Of a stretch of 64,000 nucleotides of DNA, positions 54,090-64,000 are shown piece by piece. The stretch's first letter is position 1. The number at the start of each line of letters is the position of its first letter. A program made the position numbers and the translations under genes. Below the pieces are notes generated by a model. It was not told where the DNA came from. It ran no database searches and worked only from the letters and a program-made list of their open reading frames with translations. The stretch covers positions 384,001-448,000 of the forward strand of contig CAWFAK010000008.1 in NCBI GenBank assembly GCA_963813715.1, given 5' to 3'. The stretch is from an uncultured Planctomycetaceae bacterium (GTDB lineage Bacteria > Planctomycetota > Planctomycetia > Planctomycetales > Planctomycetaceae).

Positions 54090-55286
54090 ATGGACTTCTC
54101 AATTCCGCAACCGCTGCAAGACACGCTTAAATCGGTGCGCAAGTTTTTGATCGACGAGGTGTATCCGCTCGAGCCGGACTTGTTGACGCGTCCGTTCCGA
54201 GAACTGTTGCCGGCCCTCAACGCCAAGCGCGACAAAGTCCGCGAGCTGGGGCTCTTCACGCCGCAGGTCAGCAAGGAGAACGGCGGCTCGGGGCTCAAGT
54301 TCATGGAGCACGCGCTCTTGAGCGAAGAGCTGGGGCGGACGCCGCTGGGGCACTATGTCTTCAACTGCCAGGCGCCCGACGCAGGCAACATGGAAATCCT
54401 GCAGGAGTTCGGCACCCCCGAACAAAAGGAGACGTGGCTCAAGCCGCTGGTGGCCGGCAAAATTCGCAGCTGCTTTTCGATGACGGAGCCCGGCTATCCC
54501 GGCTCGAACCCCGTCTGGATGAACACGACCGCCGTCCTCGATGGCGAGTCGTACGTGATCAACGGACGAAAATGGTTCACGTCGTCGGCTGACGGATCGC
54601 GGTTCGCCATCGCCATGGTAGTCACCGACCCCAACGCCGATCCGCACGCGCGGGCCAGCCAGATCATCGTGCCGACGGATACGCCGGGATTCAAAATCGT
54701 CCGCAACATCTCGGTGATGGGACACGCGGGCGAGGACTGGCCCAGCCACAGCGAAGTTTCTTACGACAATGTCCGCGTGCCCAAAAAGAACCTGCTCGGC
54801 CGCGCGGGGGCCGGCTTCGAGATCGCCCAGGCGCGGCTCGGACCGGGGCGAATCCATCACTGCATGCGTTGGATGGGAATCTGCGAGCGCTCGTTCAGCC
54901 TGCTGTGCGAGCGGGCGGCCCGCCGCGATTTGGCCCCGGGCGACAAGCTGGGCAACCGCCAGACAATTCAAAACTGGATCGCCGAGAGCCGAGCCGAGAT
55001 CAACGCGTCCCGCTTGATGGTGCTGAAGGCGGCTTGGACGATCGACCGCGAGGGGACCAAGGCGGCCCGCGACGAGATCTCGCTGATCAAGTTTTTTGCG
55101 GCCGACGTGCTGATGAAGGTCATCGATCGGGCTCTGCAGGCCCACGGGGCCCTCGGCATGACCGACGACACGATCCTCTCCTATTATTACCGCCACGAAC
55201 GGGCGGCCCGGATTTACGACGGGCCGGACGAAGTGCACAAGAGCGTCGTCTCGCGGCGGATTCTGCGCGGCTACGGTTTGACGTGA
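54090..55286 (+). CDS. Acyl-CoA dehydrogenase, ACAD10/11- or LvaC-like subgroup
   Basis: FNCQAPDAGNMEIL, SCFSMTEP, AQARLGPGRIHHCMR, RIYDGPDEVH. Confidence 0.9.
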   Translation: MDFSIPQPLQDTLKSVRKFLIDEVYPLEPDLLTRPFRELLPALNAKRDKVRELGLFTPQVSKENGGSGLKFMEHALLSEELGRTPLGHYVFNCQAPDAGNMEILQEFGTPEQKETWLKPLVAGKIRSCFSMTEPGYPGSNPVWMNTTAVLDGESYVINGRKWFTSSADGSRFAIAMVVTDPNADPHARASQIIVPTDTPGFKIVRNISVMGHAGEDWPSHSEVSYDNVRVPKKNLLGRAGAGFEIAQARLGPGRIHHCMRWMGICERSFSLLCERAARRDLAPGDKLGNRQTIQNWIAESRAEINASRLMVLKAAWTIDREGTKAARDEISLIKFFAADVLMKVIDRALQAHGALGMTDDTILSYYYRHERAARIYDGPDEVHKSVVSRRILRGYGLT

Positions 55287-55292
55287 AATACC

Positions 55293-55399
55293 GGCGAGCG
55301 TCGGGTGTCAGCCCGACGGTGCTTGATTCCCGTTTTCAAACTGAACCAACGCAAAACCAACAAGCCCAAGAACCGGCCGGCTGACACCGGCCGCTCGCC
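55293..55399. repeat. REPIN-like inverted pair, family B, copy 2
   Basis: Units at 55293-55320 and 55372-55399. Confidence 0.8.
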
Positions 55400-55405
55400 A
55401 ATCGC

Positions 55406-56491
55406 ATGACCGAGCCCAGCACCAAAGCGTTCGCCGACTCGTCGGCTCCCGTTCGCAAGGGCGAGGAGCTCGACGCGGCACGGCTCGGCGCGTATCTGGC
55501 CGAGCAGCTCCACGAGCCCAACGCGCGGCTGGAGATCGAGCAGTTTCCGCAGGGGTTCTCGAACCTCACCTACCTGGTGCGGTTTGGCAGCGAGGATTAC
55601 GTCCTGCGGCGGCCGCCGTTCGGCAACACGGTGAAGTCGGCCCACGATATGGGCCGCGAGTACAACGTTTTGTCGAAGCTCTCCAAAGTCTACGAGCTGG
55701 CCCCCAAGCCGATCGTCTACTGCACCGACGAAGCGGTGCTCGGCGCGCCGTTCTATTTAATGGAGCGGCGACGCGGCGTGATCTTGCGGCGGAAACTGCC
55801 CAAGGACCTCAAGCTCGACCCGGCAACGTTCCGCGGGCTGGGCACCGCCTTCATCGACAATCTGGCCCGCCTCCACGCGCTCGACTTCCGCGCGGCCGGA
55901 CTGGCCGACCTGGGCAAGCCGGAGGGTTATGTCGAGCGGCAGGTGAACGGCTGGATCGGCCGTTACGAGAAGGCGAAGACCGACGAGTGGCCCGAGATGG
56001 ACTCGGTCGCGAAGTGGCTGGTCGAAAACCGTCCGCCCGAGTCAGGCGCCGCGCTGATCCACAACGACTACAAGTTCGACAACGTCGTCCTCGACTCCCA
56101 CGACCTCACAAAGATCATCGGCGTGCTCGATTGGGAGATGTGCACGATCGGCGATCCGCTGATGGATCTCGGCTGCACGCTGGCTTATTGGATCCAGGCG
56201 GACGATACCGAGGCGCTCAAATATTTTGTGCCCGGCCCGACGTTCCTGCCGGGTAATCTGACCCGCCGGGAGCTGCTCGAACGCTACGCGCAGACGTCGG
56301 GCCGCGACGTGGGGCAGGTCCTTTTTTATTACTGCTACGGCCTCTACAAATTGGCCGTCATTATCCAGCAAATCTATGCACGGTTTGCGCGCGGGTTTAC
56401 ACAGGACCCGCGGTTTGCCGACATGAATCAGCAAGTCGGCAGCCTGAGTCGCTCCGCCGCCCGAGCAATTGCAATCGGCGGAGTTTCTTGA
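55406..56491 (+). CDS. APH-like phosphotransferase (ACAD10/11 kinase domain or LvaA-like)
   Basis: QFPQGFSNLTY, VLRRPP, SAHDMGREY, HNDYKFDN, LDWEMCTIGDPLMDLG. Confidence 0.9.
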   Translation: MTEPSTKAFADSSAPVRKGEELDAARLGAYLAEQLHEPNARLEIEQFPQGFSNLTYLVRFGSEDYVLRRPPFGNTVKSAHDMGREYNVLSKLSKVYELAPKPIVYCTDEAVLGAPFYLMERRRGVILRRKLPKDLKLDPATFRGLGTAFIDNLARLHALDFRAAGLADLGKPEGYVERQVNGWIGRYEKAKTDEWPEMDSVAKWLVENRPPESGAALIHNDYKFDNVVLDSHDLTKIIGVLDWEMCTIGDPLMDLGCTLAYWIQADDTEALKYFVPGPTFLPGNLTRRELLERYAQTSGRDVGQVLFYYCYGLYKLAVIIQQIYARFARGFTQDPRFADMNQQVGSLSRSAARAIAIGGVS

Positions 56492-56738
56492 CACAATTCA
56501 CGGCGGGACCTTTGACGCGATAGGCCTGGGAAAGCGTTTTTTCGCTTTTTGATGGGTCCGGGCTCTACGCGTTTGACGTTAGTTTTGCGATCCGATTTAC
56601 AAATCGTGAGGGGTACGTTCCCGGCCGTTCCGTGGCCCTCTGCCGCGGAGACGCGATCCGTGTGGGGCGAGGTGCTTGGGGCACCCAGCTTCCGGACGAC
56701 CGGTGCGTTCGCTTCGGGTGGAAAGGTGTGACGAGCCC

Positions 56739-58661
56739 ATGAATCCGCAAATGCGCGAGTTGGACGAGCACGCGACCGAGACGGCGACCTTCGTCGAAAC
56801 GGCTCTCAAGCTGGGGGGAGCAAGCGAAGAAGAAGCCAAGAAGACCGGAGCCCTCGACCGCGCCGACGAGCAGATTGAGGACTTGTTCGCACCCAAGTAT
56901 CAAACGGCCGGCAGTCCCGCCCACCGCGCAGTCTGGGACAAGGAATTCCCGATCGACATCTTCGTCGGTCACGCGAAGCCCGCGTCGCCGGCAGCCCAAA
57001 CGGTGATGGACAAAACGATCGAGCTCGTCAAGCGCCTCCGCGATGGCGGCACGCTGTTCGACGAGAAAAACAAGATTCGCCAGAGCGCGATCGACGAGCT
57101 CGGCAAAGTCGGCTACTGGGGCCTGTTGGTCGATCAGAAGTACGGCGGCTCCGGCTGCAATTTCGGCGCATTCGCCCGGTTCCTGGTGAAGATGGGCGCC
57201 GTCGACCCGACGACCGGCGGCCTCGCGTCCGTCCACGGCTGCATCGGCGCCGTCGACCCAGTCCGCACGTTCGGCAGCACCGAACAGAAGGAAGAGTACT
57301 TGCCCAAGCTGGCCAGCGGCGAGCGGGTCTCCGCCTTCGCGCTGACCGAGCCGGCGGCCGGTTCCGACCTCACGGCTCTGCGCACCAAAGCCGAACTCGT
57401 CGGCGATTACTACGTCGTCAACGGCGAGAAGCTGTTCATTACGAACGTCGTGCCCGGCCGCACCGTCGGTCTGGTCTGCCTCGTCAATAACAAGCCGGCC
57501 GTGCTGATTGCCGACCTGCCGAATCAAGAGGACGAGACCTTCCAACTGGTGAAGTACGGTCTGCATGCTCTCAAGCACACCTACAACCAGGGCATGATCT
57601 TCAAGAACTTCAAGGTGCCCAAGAAGAACCTGTTGCAGCCGACGCGCGGCGACGGTTTGACGGTCGGCTACCACGGCCTCAATCGCGGCCGCGTTGCCGT
57701 TTGTGCGACGGGCGCATCCGGCATGCGGCTGATGCTGGCCAACATGCTGCCGTGGGCCAAGTTCCGTAAGACGTACGGCGAACAGATTGTGAAGCGCGAG
57801 CTCGTCCGTCGGCGCATCGGCCGCATGGCCGCTCTCATCGTCGGCTGCGACGCGCTCATCGATTGGTGCTCGTGGCTCTTGGACGAAGGCTACCGCGGCG
57901 AAATGGAGTGCACCGTCGCCAAGATCTTCGGCAGCGAATCGCTGAAAGAAGCGGCGATCGAGCTGTTCATGAAGACCCACGGCGGCCGTTCCTTCCTGCA
58001 TGGCCACATCTTCGGCGACAACGTGCACGAGTACCTGGCTCCGTGCATCTACGAGGGCGAAGGCGAGATGCTCTGCATGGGCTTCTTCAAGTCGCTCATC
58101 AAGGAGCACGGCCACAAGTACTACGAGCCGATCGGCAAGGCCCTGTACGCCGCCGGCATCAAGCAGCCCAACTTGGCCAATCCGGCCCACATGATGAAGC
58201 TGGCTCCGGCCGCCATGCCGTGGCTCAAGTGGCGCACCAATGAGATGGTTGCCGGCCCCGTGCGGGCCAAGCTGCCGTCGATGCCGCCGTCGCTGTCCGA
58301 GCTGGCACAGTTCGCGGCCGACAACCTGCAGGGCAGCCGGCTCGAAGTCGACCGCCTGATGCAGAAGAACCAGCTCAAGCTGGCCGACCGCCAGTGCTTG
58401 ATGGTCGAGCTGTCGCAGCGGATCCAGAGCTTGATCGTGATGCTCACGACGGCGCTCTGGGCGGCCAAGCAGTCCGACGAGCTGGTCAAGACCGCGGCAA
58501 TCGTGCTGGGTCGCGATATCCGCCGCCAGATCACGGGCAAGCGGCCGACGTCCGAAGACTTCCGCCTGACGACCAAGCTCGGCGCCGACATCGCCGAGGG
58601 TGGCTTCAAGGCGCTCGCCGGCGTCGAAGAAGTCGAGCTGTTGATGCCGTATCAGCAGTAA
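56739..58661 (+). CDS. Long acyl-CoA dehydrogenase family protein (FadE-like)
   Basis: SAFALTEPAAGSD, NGEKLFITN, LNRGR, IYEGEGE. Confidence 0.9.
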   Translation: MNPQMRELDEHATETATFVETALKLGGASEEEAKKTGALDRADEQIEDLFAPKYQTAGSPAHRAVWDKEFPIDIFVGHAKPASPAAQTVMDKTIELVKRLRDGGTLFDEKNKIRQSAIDELGKVGYWGLLVDQKYGGSGCNFGAFARFLVKMGAVDPTTGGLASVHGCIGAVDPVRTFGSTEQKEEYLPKLASGERVSAFALTEPAAGSDLTALRTKAELVGDYYVVNGEKLFITNVVPGRTVGLVCLVNNKPAVLIADLPNQEDETFQLVKYGLHALKHTYNQGMIFKNFKVPKKNLLQPTRGDGLTVGYHGLNRGRVAVCATGASGMRLMLANMLPWAKFRKTYGEQIVKRELVRRRIGRMAALIVGCDALIDWCSWLLDEGYRGEMECTVAKIFGSESLKEAAIELFMKTHGGRSFLHGHIFGDNVHEYLAPCIYEGEGEMLCMGFFKSLIKEHGHKYYEPIGKALYAAGIKQPNLANPAHMMKLAPAAMPWLKWRTNEMVAGPVRAKLPSMPPSLSELAQFAADNLQGSRLEVDRLMQKNQLKLADRQCLMVELSQRIQSLIVMLTTALWAAKQSDELVKTAAIVLGRDIRRQITGKRPTSEDFRLTTKLGADIAEGGFKALAGVEEVELLMPYQQ

Positions 58662-58700
58662 CGGCGGACGGCCGCCCGGCTGACAAGCTTCGTCGATCGA

Positions 58701-58730
58701 CGGAGTCCGAGCCCCTTGGCTCGGACTCCG
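58701..58730. other. Perfect 13-bp intergenic hairpin
   Basis: CGGAGTCCGAGCC-CCTT-GGCTCGGACTCCG with no T tail. Confidence 0.7.
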
Positions 58731-58785
58731 CCTCTCTCTCACATCACGCACGAATTCCGTACGGCTCCCCATTTCTGGAGCAGCA

Positions 58786-60951
58786 ATGTCCACCGCGTTT
58801 CGGCTGGAAGAACTCCCCGGGCCGATTGCCCTGTTGACGATGGACGTCCCCGAGCAGAGCGTCAACACGTTTTCCCGGCCGGTCATGACCGAGCTGAGCA
58901 AGGTCGTCGATCAACTCGGCGAGCGGAGAGACCTCAAGGGGCTCTTGCTCAAGAGCGGCAAGAAGGGGCAATTCATCGCCGGGGCCGACCTCAAGGAAAT
59001 GGGCGCGCTGGCCTTTGCCACCAAGGAAGAAGTGCTGCCCGCGCTCCGCGGCGGTCACGAGGTATTTAACCGCCTCAGTCGCCTGCCGTTCCCGACCATC
59101 GCCCTCATCGACGGCAACTGCATGGGAGGCGGGACGGAGATCACGCTCGCCATGGATTACCGCATCGCCGCGGACACTCCGGCGACCAAGATCGGGCTGC
59201 CCGAAGTCAAAGTCGGCATCATTCCCGGCTGGGGTGGCACGCAGCGGCTGCCCCGCGTCGTCGGCATCCAGCAAGCCATCCAGATGATTACCTCCGGCGA
59301 GCCGATCGATGCCAAGCAAGCCGCCAAGTGCGGGTTGGTGTTCGACGCGGTCCCCGCCGAGCGGCTGGTGGAAGAGGGCCGCCGTCTGATCGACTACGCC
59401 CAGCAAACGGGCGAGTGGAAAGAACTGCGCCGCAAGAAGGAACAGCCGCTGGGCCTCAGCGACGACCAGCTGAACTTCGCCTTCGGCGTGTCGGAAGGGG
59501 CCGTCCGCGGAGCGACGAAGGGACAATATCCCGCGCCGTTGGCGGCGCTACGGGCGATGAAAGAGGGGATCAACCTGCCGCTTGCCGAAGGCATCGAGAT
59601 CGAGCTTCGCGAGTCGCAGGGCGTGGTCGGCACGCCGACGTCCGCCGCGCTCATCGGCGTCTTCTTCATGCAGAACCTGTTGGCCCGCGATCGCGGCGTG
59701 ACCGACCCCAGCGTCAAGGCCCGCCCGGTCAGCCGCGTGGGCGTGCTCGGAGCGGGGCAAATGGGGGCGGGTATCGCCACGGCCCACGCCCGCTCAGGCA
59801 TTCCCACCGTGATGGTCGACGTGGACGACGCGCGGATTGCCGACGGCATGCGTCGCGCCGCCGACGTGGTCATGGGCCGTATCAAGATCGGCCGCGCGAC
59901 GACGGCCGACCTGCAATCGCTGTTGTCGCAACTGAGCGCGTCGACCTCGCACCAGGTCTTTTCCGATCGCGACGTGGTGGTCGAAGCCGTGACCGAAAAC
60001 GAGGAGCTGAAGACGGCCCTCTATCGGCAGCTGTCGACGGCGATGAAAAAAGACGCCATTCTGGCGACCAACACCTCGACGATTTCGATCACCCGCATGG
60101 CCGAGGCGTGGCCCGAGCCGTCGCGGTTCATCGGCATGCACTTCTTCCTGCCGGTCGACCGGATGCAGCTGGTCGAGGTGATTCGCGGCAAACGCACGAG
60201 CGAAGAAACGGTCGCCACGATCGTCGAGCTGTCGAAGCGGATCAAGAAGACGCCGATCGTCGTCAACGACTGTGCGGGCTTCCTCGTCAACCGCATCCTG
60301 CTGCCCTACATGACCGAGGCGCTTGCGCTCTTGCTCGAAGGCGCGTCGATGGACGCCGTCGACCGCGTGGCGACGAAGTTCGGCATGCCCGTCGGACCGA
60401 TCGCGCTGCAGGACATGGTGGGGCTCGACACGTCGTGCTTTGCCGGCAAGGTGCTGGCGGCCGCCTACAGCGACCGGGCCCTCAAGATCACGCTGTTGGA
60501 CGATCTGATCGCCGCCAAGCGGCTGGGCAAGAAGACGGCGCCGGCTTCCGCAAGTTTGCCGGCACGAAGGGGAAGCCGGCCGACGATCCCGACCTTCGCC
60601 CCCTTCCTGGAAAAACACCGCACGGCGAAGCGCGAAGTGACCGACCAGGAGATCGAGGATCGGCTCTTCCTGTCGATGCTGCTCGAGGCGGTCCGCACGC
60701 TGGAAGAGGGGATCGTCCGCGAGCCCGCCCACGTCGATATGGGCATGATTCTCGGCGTCGGCTTCCCGCCGTTCCGCGGCGGCATCCTTCGCTGGTGCGA
60801 CGCGGTGGGCGCCGCGCCGCTCGTCGATCGGGCGTCCAAGTACACGTCGTTGGGCAAGCGGTTCGAGCCGAGCCCGATGCTCGTCGACATGGCCAAGACC
60901 GGCAAGAAGTTTTATCCGCGGCCAGCGGCTCCCGCGGCCGCCGCGAAGTAA
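58786..60951 (+). CDS. fadB: Fatty-acid oxidation complex alpha subunit (enoyl-CoA hydratase / 3-hydroxyacyl-CoA dehydrogenase); compensating frameshifts at about 60540-60590
   Basis: FIAGADL, GLPEVKVGIIPGWGGTQRLPR, GAGQMGAGIA, GMHFFLPV, GFLVNRIL; the expected GKKTGAGF appears in the alternate frame. Confidence 0.88.
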   Translation: MSTAFRLEELPGPIALLTMDVPEQSVNTFSRPVMTELSKVVDQLGERRDLKGLLLKSGKKGQFIAGADLKEMGALAFATKEEVLPALRGGHEVFNRLSRLPFPTIALIDGNCMGGGTEITLAMDYRIAADTPATKIGLPEVKVGIIPGWGGTQRLPRVVGIQQAIQMITSGEPIDAKQAAKCGLVFDAVPAERLVEEGRRLIDYAQQTGEWKELRRKKEQPLGLSDDQLNFAFGVSEGAVRGATKGQYPAPLAALRAMKEGINLPLAEGIEIELRESQGVVGTPTSAALIGVFFMQNLLARDRGVTDPSVKARPVSRVGVLGAGQMGAGIATAHARSGIPTVMVDVDDARIADGMRRAADVVMGRIKIGRATTADLQSLLSQLSASTSHQVFSDRDVVVEAVTENEELKTALYRQLSTAMKKDAILATNTSTISITRMAEAWPEPSRFIGMHFFLPVDRMQLVEVIRGKRTSEETVATIVELSKRIKKTPIVVNDCAGFLVNRILLPYMTEALALLLEGASMDAVDRVATKFGMPVGPIALQDMVGLDTSCFAGKVLAAAYSDRALKITLLDDLIAAKRLGKKTAPASASLPARRGSRPTIPTFAPFLEKHRTAKREVTDQEIEDRLFLSMLLEAVRTLEEGIVREPAHVDMGMILGVGFPPFRGGILRWCDAVGAAPLVDRASKYTSLGKRFEPSPMLVDMAKTGKKFYPRPAAPAAAAK

Positions 60952-61006
60952 GCAAGCCAACGGACAACGAAGCAAACAGATCGCGAAACTGGATCGGAGC
61001 GACGAG

Positions 61007-62167
61007 ATGAGACATGCGGTCGTGATCGACGCCGTGCGGACGCCGATCGGCAAGGCGTCGGCGGACAAGGGCATCTACCGCGACGTTCGTGCCGAAGAGC
61101 TGTCGGCCCACATCATCGACGCGCTCGTCAAGCGGACGGGCATCGATCCGCACCTGGTCGACGACGTGCGTTGGGGCTGCGTGCAACAGCAGGGCGAGCA
61201 GGGCTTCGACGTCGCCCGCACGATCGCGCTGATGGCCGGCCTGCCGATCGAGGCGGGCGGCGTGACCATCAATCGCAACTGTGCCTCGAGCCTGCAGGCG
61301 ATCAACGACGCGGCCATGAACGTCGCCGCCTGCTGCGAAGACGTGCAGATTGCCGGCGGCGTGGAGCACATGGACCACGTGCCGATGAACAAGGACTACA
61401 ACCCGCCGCCGGGCCTGTTCTTCAAGCACAGCGAAGCCATCATGAACATGGGCCTCACCGCCGAATACATGGCGATGAAGTACCAGATTCCGCGGCAGAA
61501 GCAGGACGAGTTTTCGGTGCGAAGCCACCAGCTGGCGGCCGAAGCGACGACGGGCGGCGGCTTCAAGTCCGAAGTCGTGCCGACCTGGGGCCGCGACGAC
61601 GAAGGACGCAAAGTCCAAATCGCACAGGACCAGGGGATTCGCTTCGATTGCTCGATCGAGGGGCTCGGCAAGCTGCCGGCGGCCTTCAACCCGGCAGGCG
61701 GATCGGTGACGGCCGGCAACAGCTCGCAGGTGAGCGTGGGGGCCACGGCCGTGCTCGTGATGTCGGAAGAAAAGGCCCAGGAGCTGGGCCTCAAGCCAAT
61801 GGCCAAGATTCGCGCGATGGCGGTCGCCGGCGTCGATCCGAGCGAAATGGGCATCGGCCCCGTTCCCGCCATTCACAAGGTGCTCCGCCGCGCCGGCCTG
61901 ACGCTGGCGGACATCGGCAGCATCGAGCTCAACGAAGCGTTCGCGGTGCAGGTGCTTTCTTGCCTGCGGCTGTTGGGGACGGACGAGAAGCGGGTGAATC
62001 GCCGGGGCGGAGCGATCGCGCTCGGGCATCCGCTGGGCGCCAGCGGCGCACGGATCGTGACGACGCTCTTGCACCGCATGCGCGACGAAGGTTCGAAGTA
62101 CGGCCTGGCGACGATGTGCGTCGGCCAGGGGCAGGGGGTCGCCACCGTTTTTGAAGCTTGCGAGTAA
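61007..62167 (+). CDS. fadA: 3-ketoacyl-CoA thiolase
   Basis: [34 protein letters not shown]. Confidence 0.9.
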   Translation: MRHAVVIDAVRTPIGKASADKGIYRDVRAEELSAHIIDALVKRTGIDPHLVDDVRWGCVQQQGEQGFDVARTIALMAGLPIEAGGVTINRNCASSLQAINDAAMNVAACCEDVQIAGGVEHMDHVPMNKDYNPPPGLFFKHSEAIMNMGLTAEYMAMKYQIPRQKQDEFSVRSHQLAAEATTGGGFKSEVVPTWGRDDEGRKVQIAQDQGIRFDCSIEGLGKLPAAFNPAGGSVTAGNSSQVSVGATAVLVMSEEKAQELGLKPMAKIRAMAVAGVDPSEMGIGPVPAIHKVLRRAGLTLADIGSIELNEAFAVQVLSCLRLLGTDEKRVNRRGGAIALGHPLGASGARIVTTLLHRMRDEGSKYGLATMCVGQGQGVATVFEACE

Positions 62168-62210
62168 GGGTTTTCGCACGCACGTGCGATGCGAGGGGAG
62201 GTGCGGTCTG

Positions 62211-63882
62211 ATGGCGTTTTCTAATCTCTCCGACATGCATCGCCGCCAGTGCGAGCTTTTGGGCCCGCGGACGGCCGTGCGCTTTAAGCGGAACGGCCTG
62301 TACCACGATCTCACTTGGACCGACTATCGCTGGATGGCCGACCGCGCGGCAGCCGGACTCATCGAGCTGGGCGTCAACCCGGGCGACCGGGTCGCCATTC
62401 TGTCGGAAAATCGCTACGAGTGGTTGATCGCCGACGAAGCCATCCTTTCCACGGGCGCGGCCGACGTGCCGTTGCACGCTCCGCTTGCTCCGCGGCAGGT
62501 TGAGTACCAGGTCGGCCACAGCCAGTCGCGCGGCATCATCGTCAGCTGTCAGCAGCAGGCCGACAAAGTCTTCCACGTGCTCGAGTCGCTGCCCAACCTC
62601 GAGTTTCTCGTCTCGTTCGATCCGGTCGTCTCGCCCACCGACAAGATCCAGGTCCTCTCCTGGAACGGTCTGATGCAGCGCGGCAGCCGGGCCAACAAAC
62701 AGGACGAAATTCGCCGTCGCGAGGCCAAGATCACGGGCAAAGACCTGGCGACCATCATCTACACGAGCGGCACGACCGGAAATCCCAAGGGCGTGATGCT
62801 CACGCACGACAACCTGGTGAAGAACGCCGCGACGACGCTCGAAATCGGCCCCCGCGAGCCGACCGACGTGCTCTTGAGCTGGCTCCCTTATAGCCATATT
62901 TATGCCCGCACGTGCGATCTGTACGTGCCGGCGATCGCCGGTTCGGCGGTGGCGCTCGCCGAGTCGATGGACACGCTGGTCGTCAATCTGGCCGAGACGT
63001 GGCCGACCTGGCTCACCTCGGTCCCCCGCTTCTACGAAAAGGTGTGGGCGAAGGTCGAAGAGCTGCCGGCCGAGAAGCGCGGCGCCACGTCTCAAGAAAA
63101 TCTTCGGGCCGCGGATTCGCCAGCTCTCCTCCGGCGGCGCGCCGCTGCCCCGCCACGTATGCCAGGGCTTCTTCGAGGCGGGGTTGCCGCTCTTGGAAGG
63201 TTACGGCCTCACCGAGACGTCGCCCGTCGTCAGTTTTAATCGGCTCGACGATTACCGCATCGGCACCGTTGGCAAGGCCATTCCCGGGGTCGAGATCAAG
63301 ATCGCCCCGGACGGCGAAATCCTAGTCCGCGGGCCCAACATCATGCAGGGCTACTGGCGCAATCCCGAGGCGACGGCCGAGGTCATCGAAAAGGACGGCT
63401 GGTTCCACACGGGGGACGTCGGCCACATCGATGCGGACGGTTACCTGACGATCACCGATCGCAAAAAGGATCTGATCATCACGTCGGCCGGGAAGAACAT
63501 CGCGCCGAGCGAGCTCGAGCGGCTGTTGGTCAGCGACATTTATATTGACCAGGCGGTCGTCTACGGCGACGGCCGCAAATTCGTAAGCGCCCTGATCGTG
63601 CCCAACTTCGAGCAGCTCAAGGCGAAGGCGGCCGAACTTAAGTGCCAGCTCGAATCGACGCCGCAGGGCTTCTTGAACTCGAGATGGCTACACGAGTTTT
63701 TCTCGCAGCGGATCGACGCGGTGATGCAGGAAGTCAGCAATCCTGAGCGGGTCAAGAAATTCCTGGTGCTCGATCGCGCCTTCCAGCTCGATGCCGACGA
63801 GCTGACGGCGACGCTCAAGGTTCGCCGCAACCATATCATTGGCAAGTTCGAGCCCCAGCTGGCGGCGCTTTACGATGAATGA
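62211..63882 (+). CDS. Long-chain fatty acid-CoA ligase; frameshift near 63085
   Basis: YTSGTTGNPKG, EGYGLTET, HTGDVG, DRKKDLIITSAGKNIAP. Confidence 0.88.
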
Positions 63883-63906
63883 GTCCGAAGGCCAAGACGG
63901 TCGCTG

Positions 63907-64000
63907 ATGGACAACGGTCTGAAAAAGCGGGTCGGGAACACGGCGTTCACCTTCCGCGGCTACAACATCTCCAACTTGGGCAGGACGCCCGAGCTTTTGG
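63907..64000 (+). CDS. 5' end of a gene, possibly ACP S-malonyltransferase-like (partial)
   Basis: MDNGLKKRVGNTAFTFRGYNISNLGRTPELL is open to the window edge; the assignment rests on recalled similarity of this N-terminus only. Confidence 0.45.
   Translation, partial: MDNGLKKRVGNTAFTFRGYNISNLGRTPELL

Noticed and set aside
60540..60590. Programmed frameshifting in fadB, queA or other split genes
   Set aside because: No slippery heptamers with stimulatory structures were seen; the indel density points to assembly error
56565..62314. Long antisense ORFs (for example 56565-58901, 60488-62314; also 54099-55238)
   Set aside because: Shadow frames of high-GC genes with no recognisable motifs

Overview
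GC-rich bacterial chromosomal window, most likely from a planctomycete. This is inferred from a YTV-repeat Cys-rich protein, a sulfatase, STN-like secreted proteins and a truncated dcw cluster. At least 15 otherwise well-conserved genes carry single-base frameshifts, which points to uncorrected long-read indels, so many CDS coordinates below are reconstructed across frames. Main content: a dispersed glcD/glcE/glcF set; a degraded IS4; an FGGY kinase plus sphingosine-1-phosphate-lyase-like pair; a Tat-exported molybdopterin oxidoreductase; a LarA-like gene; a fatty-acid desaturase; a minimal dcw remnant (mraZ-rsmH-[membrane-anchored double-LysM gene]-ftsL-like-ftsI) with MraZ boxes; queA; a TMTC-like TPR glycosyltransferase; a tRNA-Ile with the rare UAU anticodon; a BlaI/BlaR1 module with a large thioredoxin/SurA/STN-like secreted protein; and a beta-oxidation cluster headed by an ACAD10/Lva-like phosphatase-ACAD-phosphotransferase trio. 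At least three families of REP-like palindromes occur (a fourth is tentative). Two near-identical ~985-bp DDE insertion sequences have both inserted at the same base (TCAC duplication) of one REP family. Most notable: the REP-targeting IS, the tRNA-Ile(UAU), the LysM gene inside the dcw remnant, the kinase-lyase pair, and two unannotated microproteins with their own promoter-like signals.
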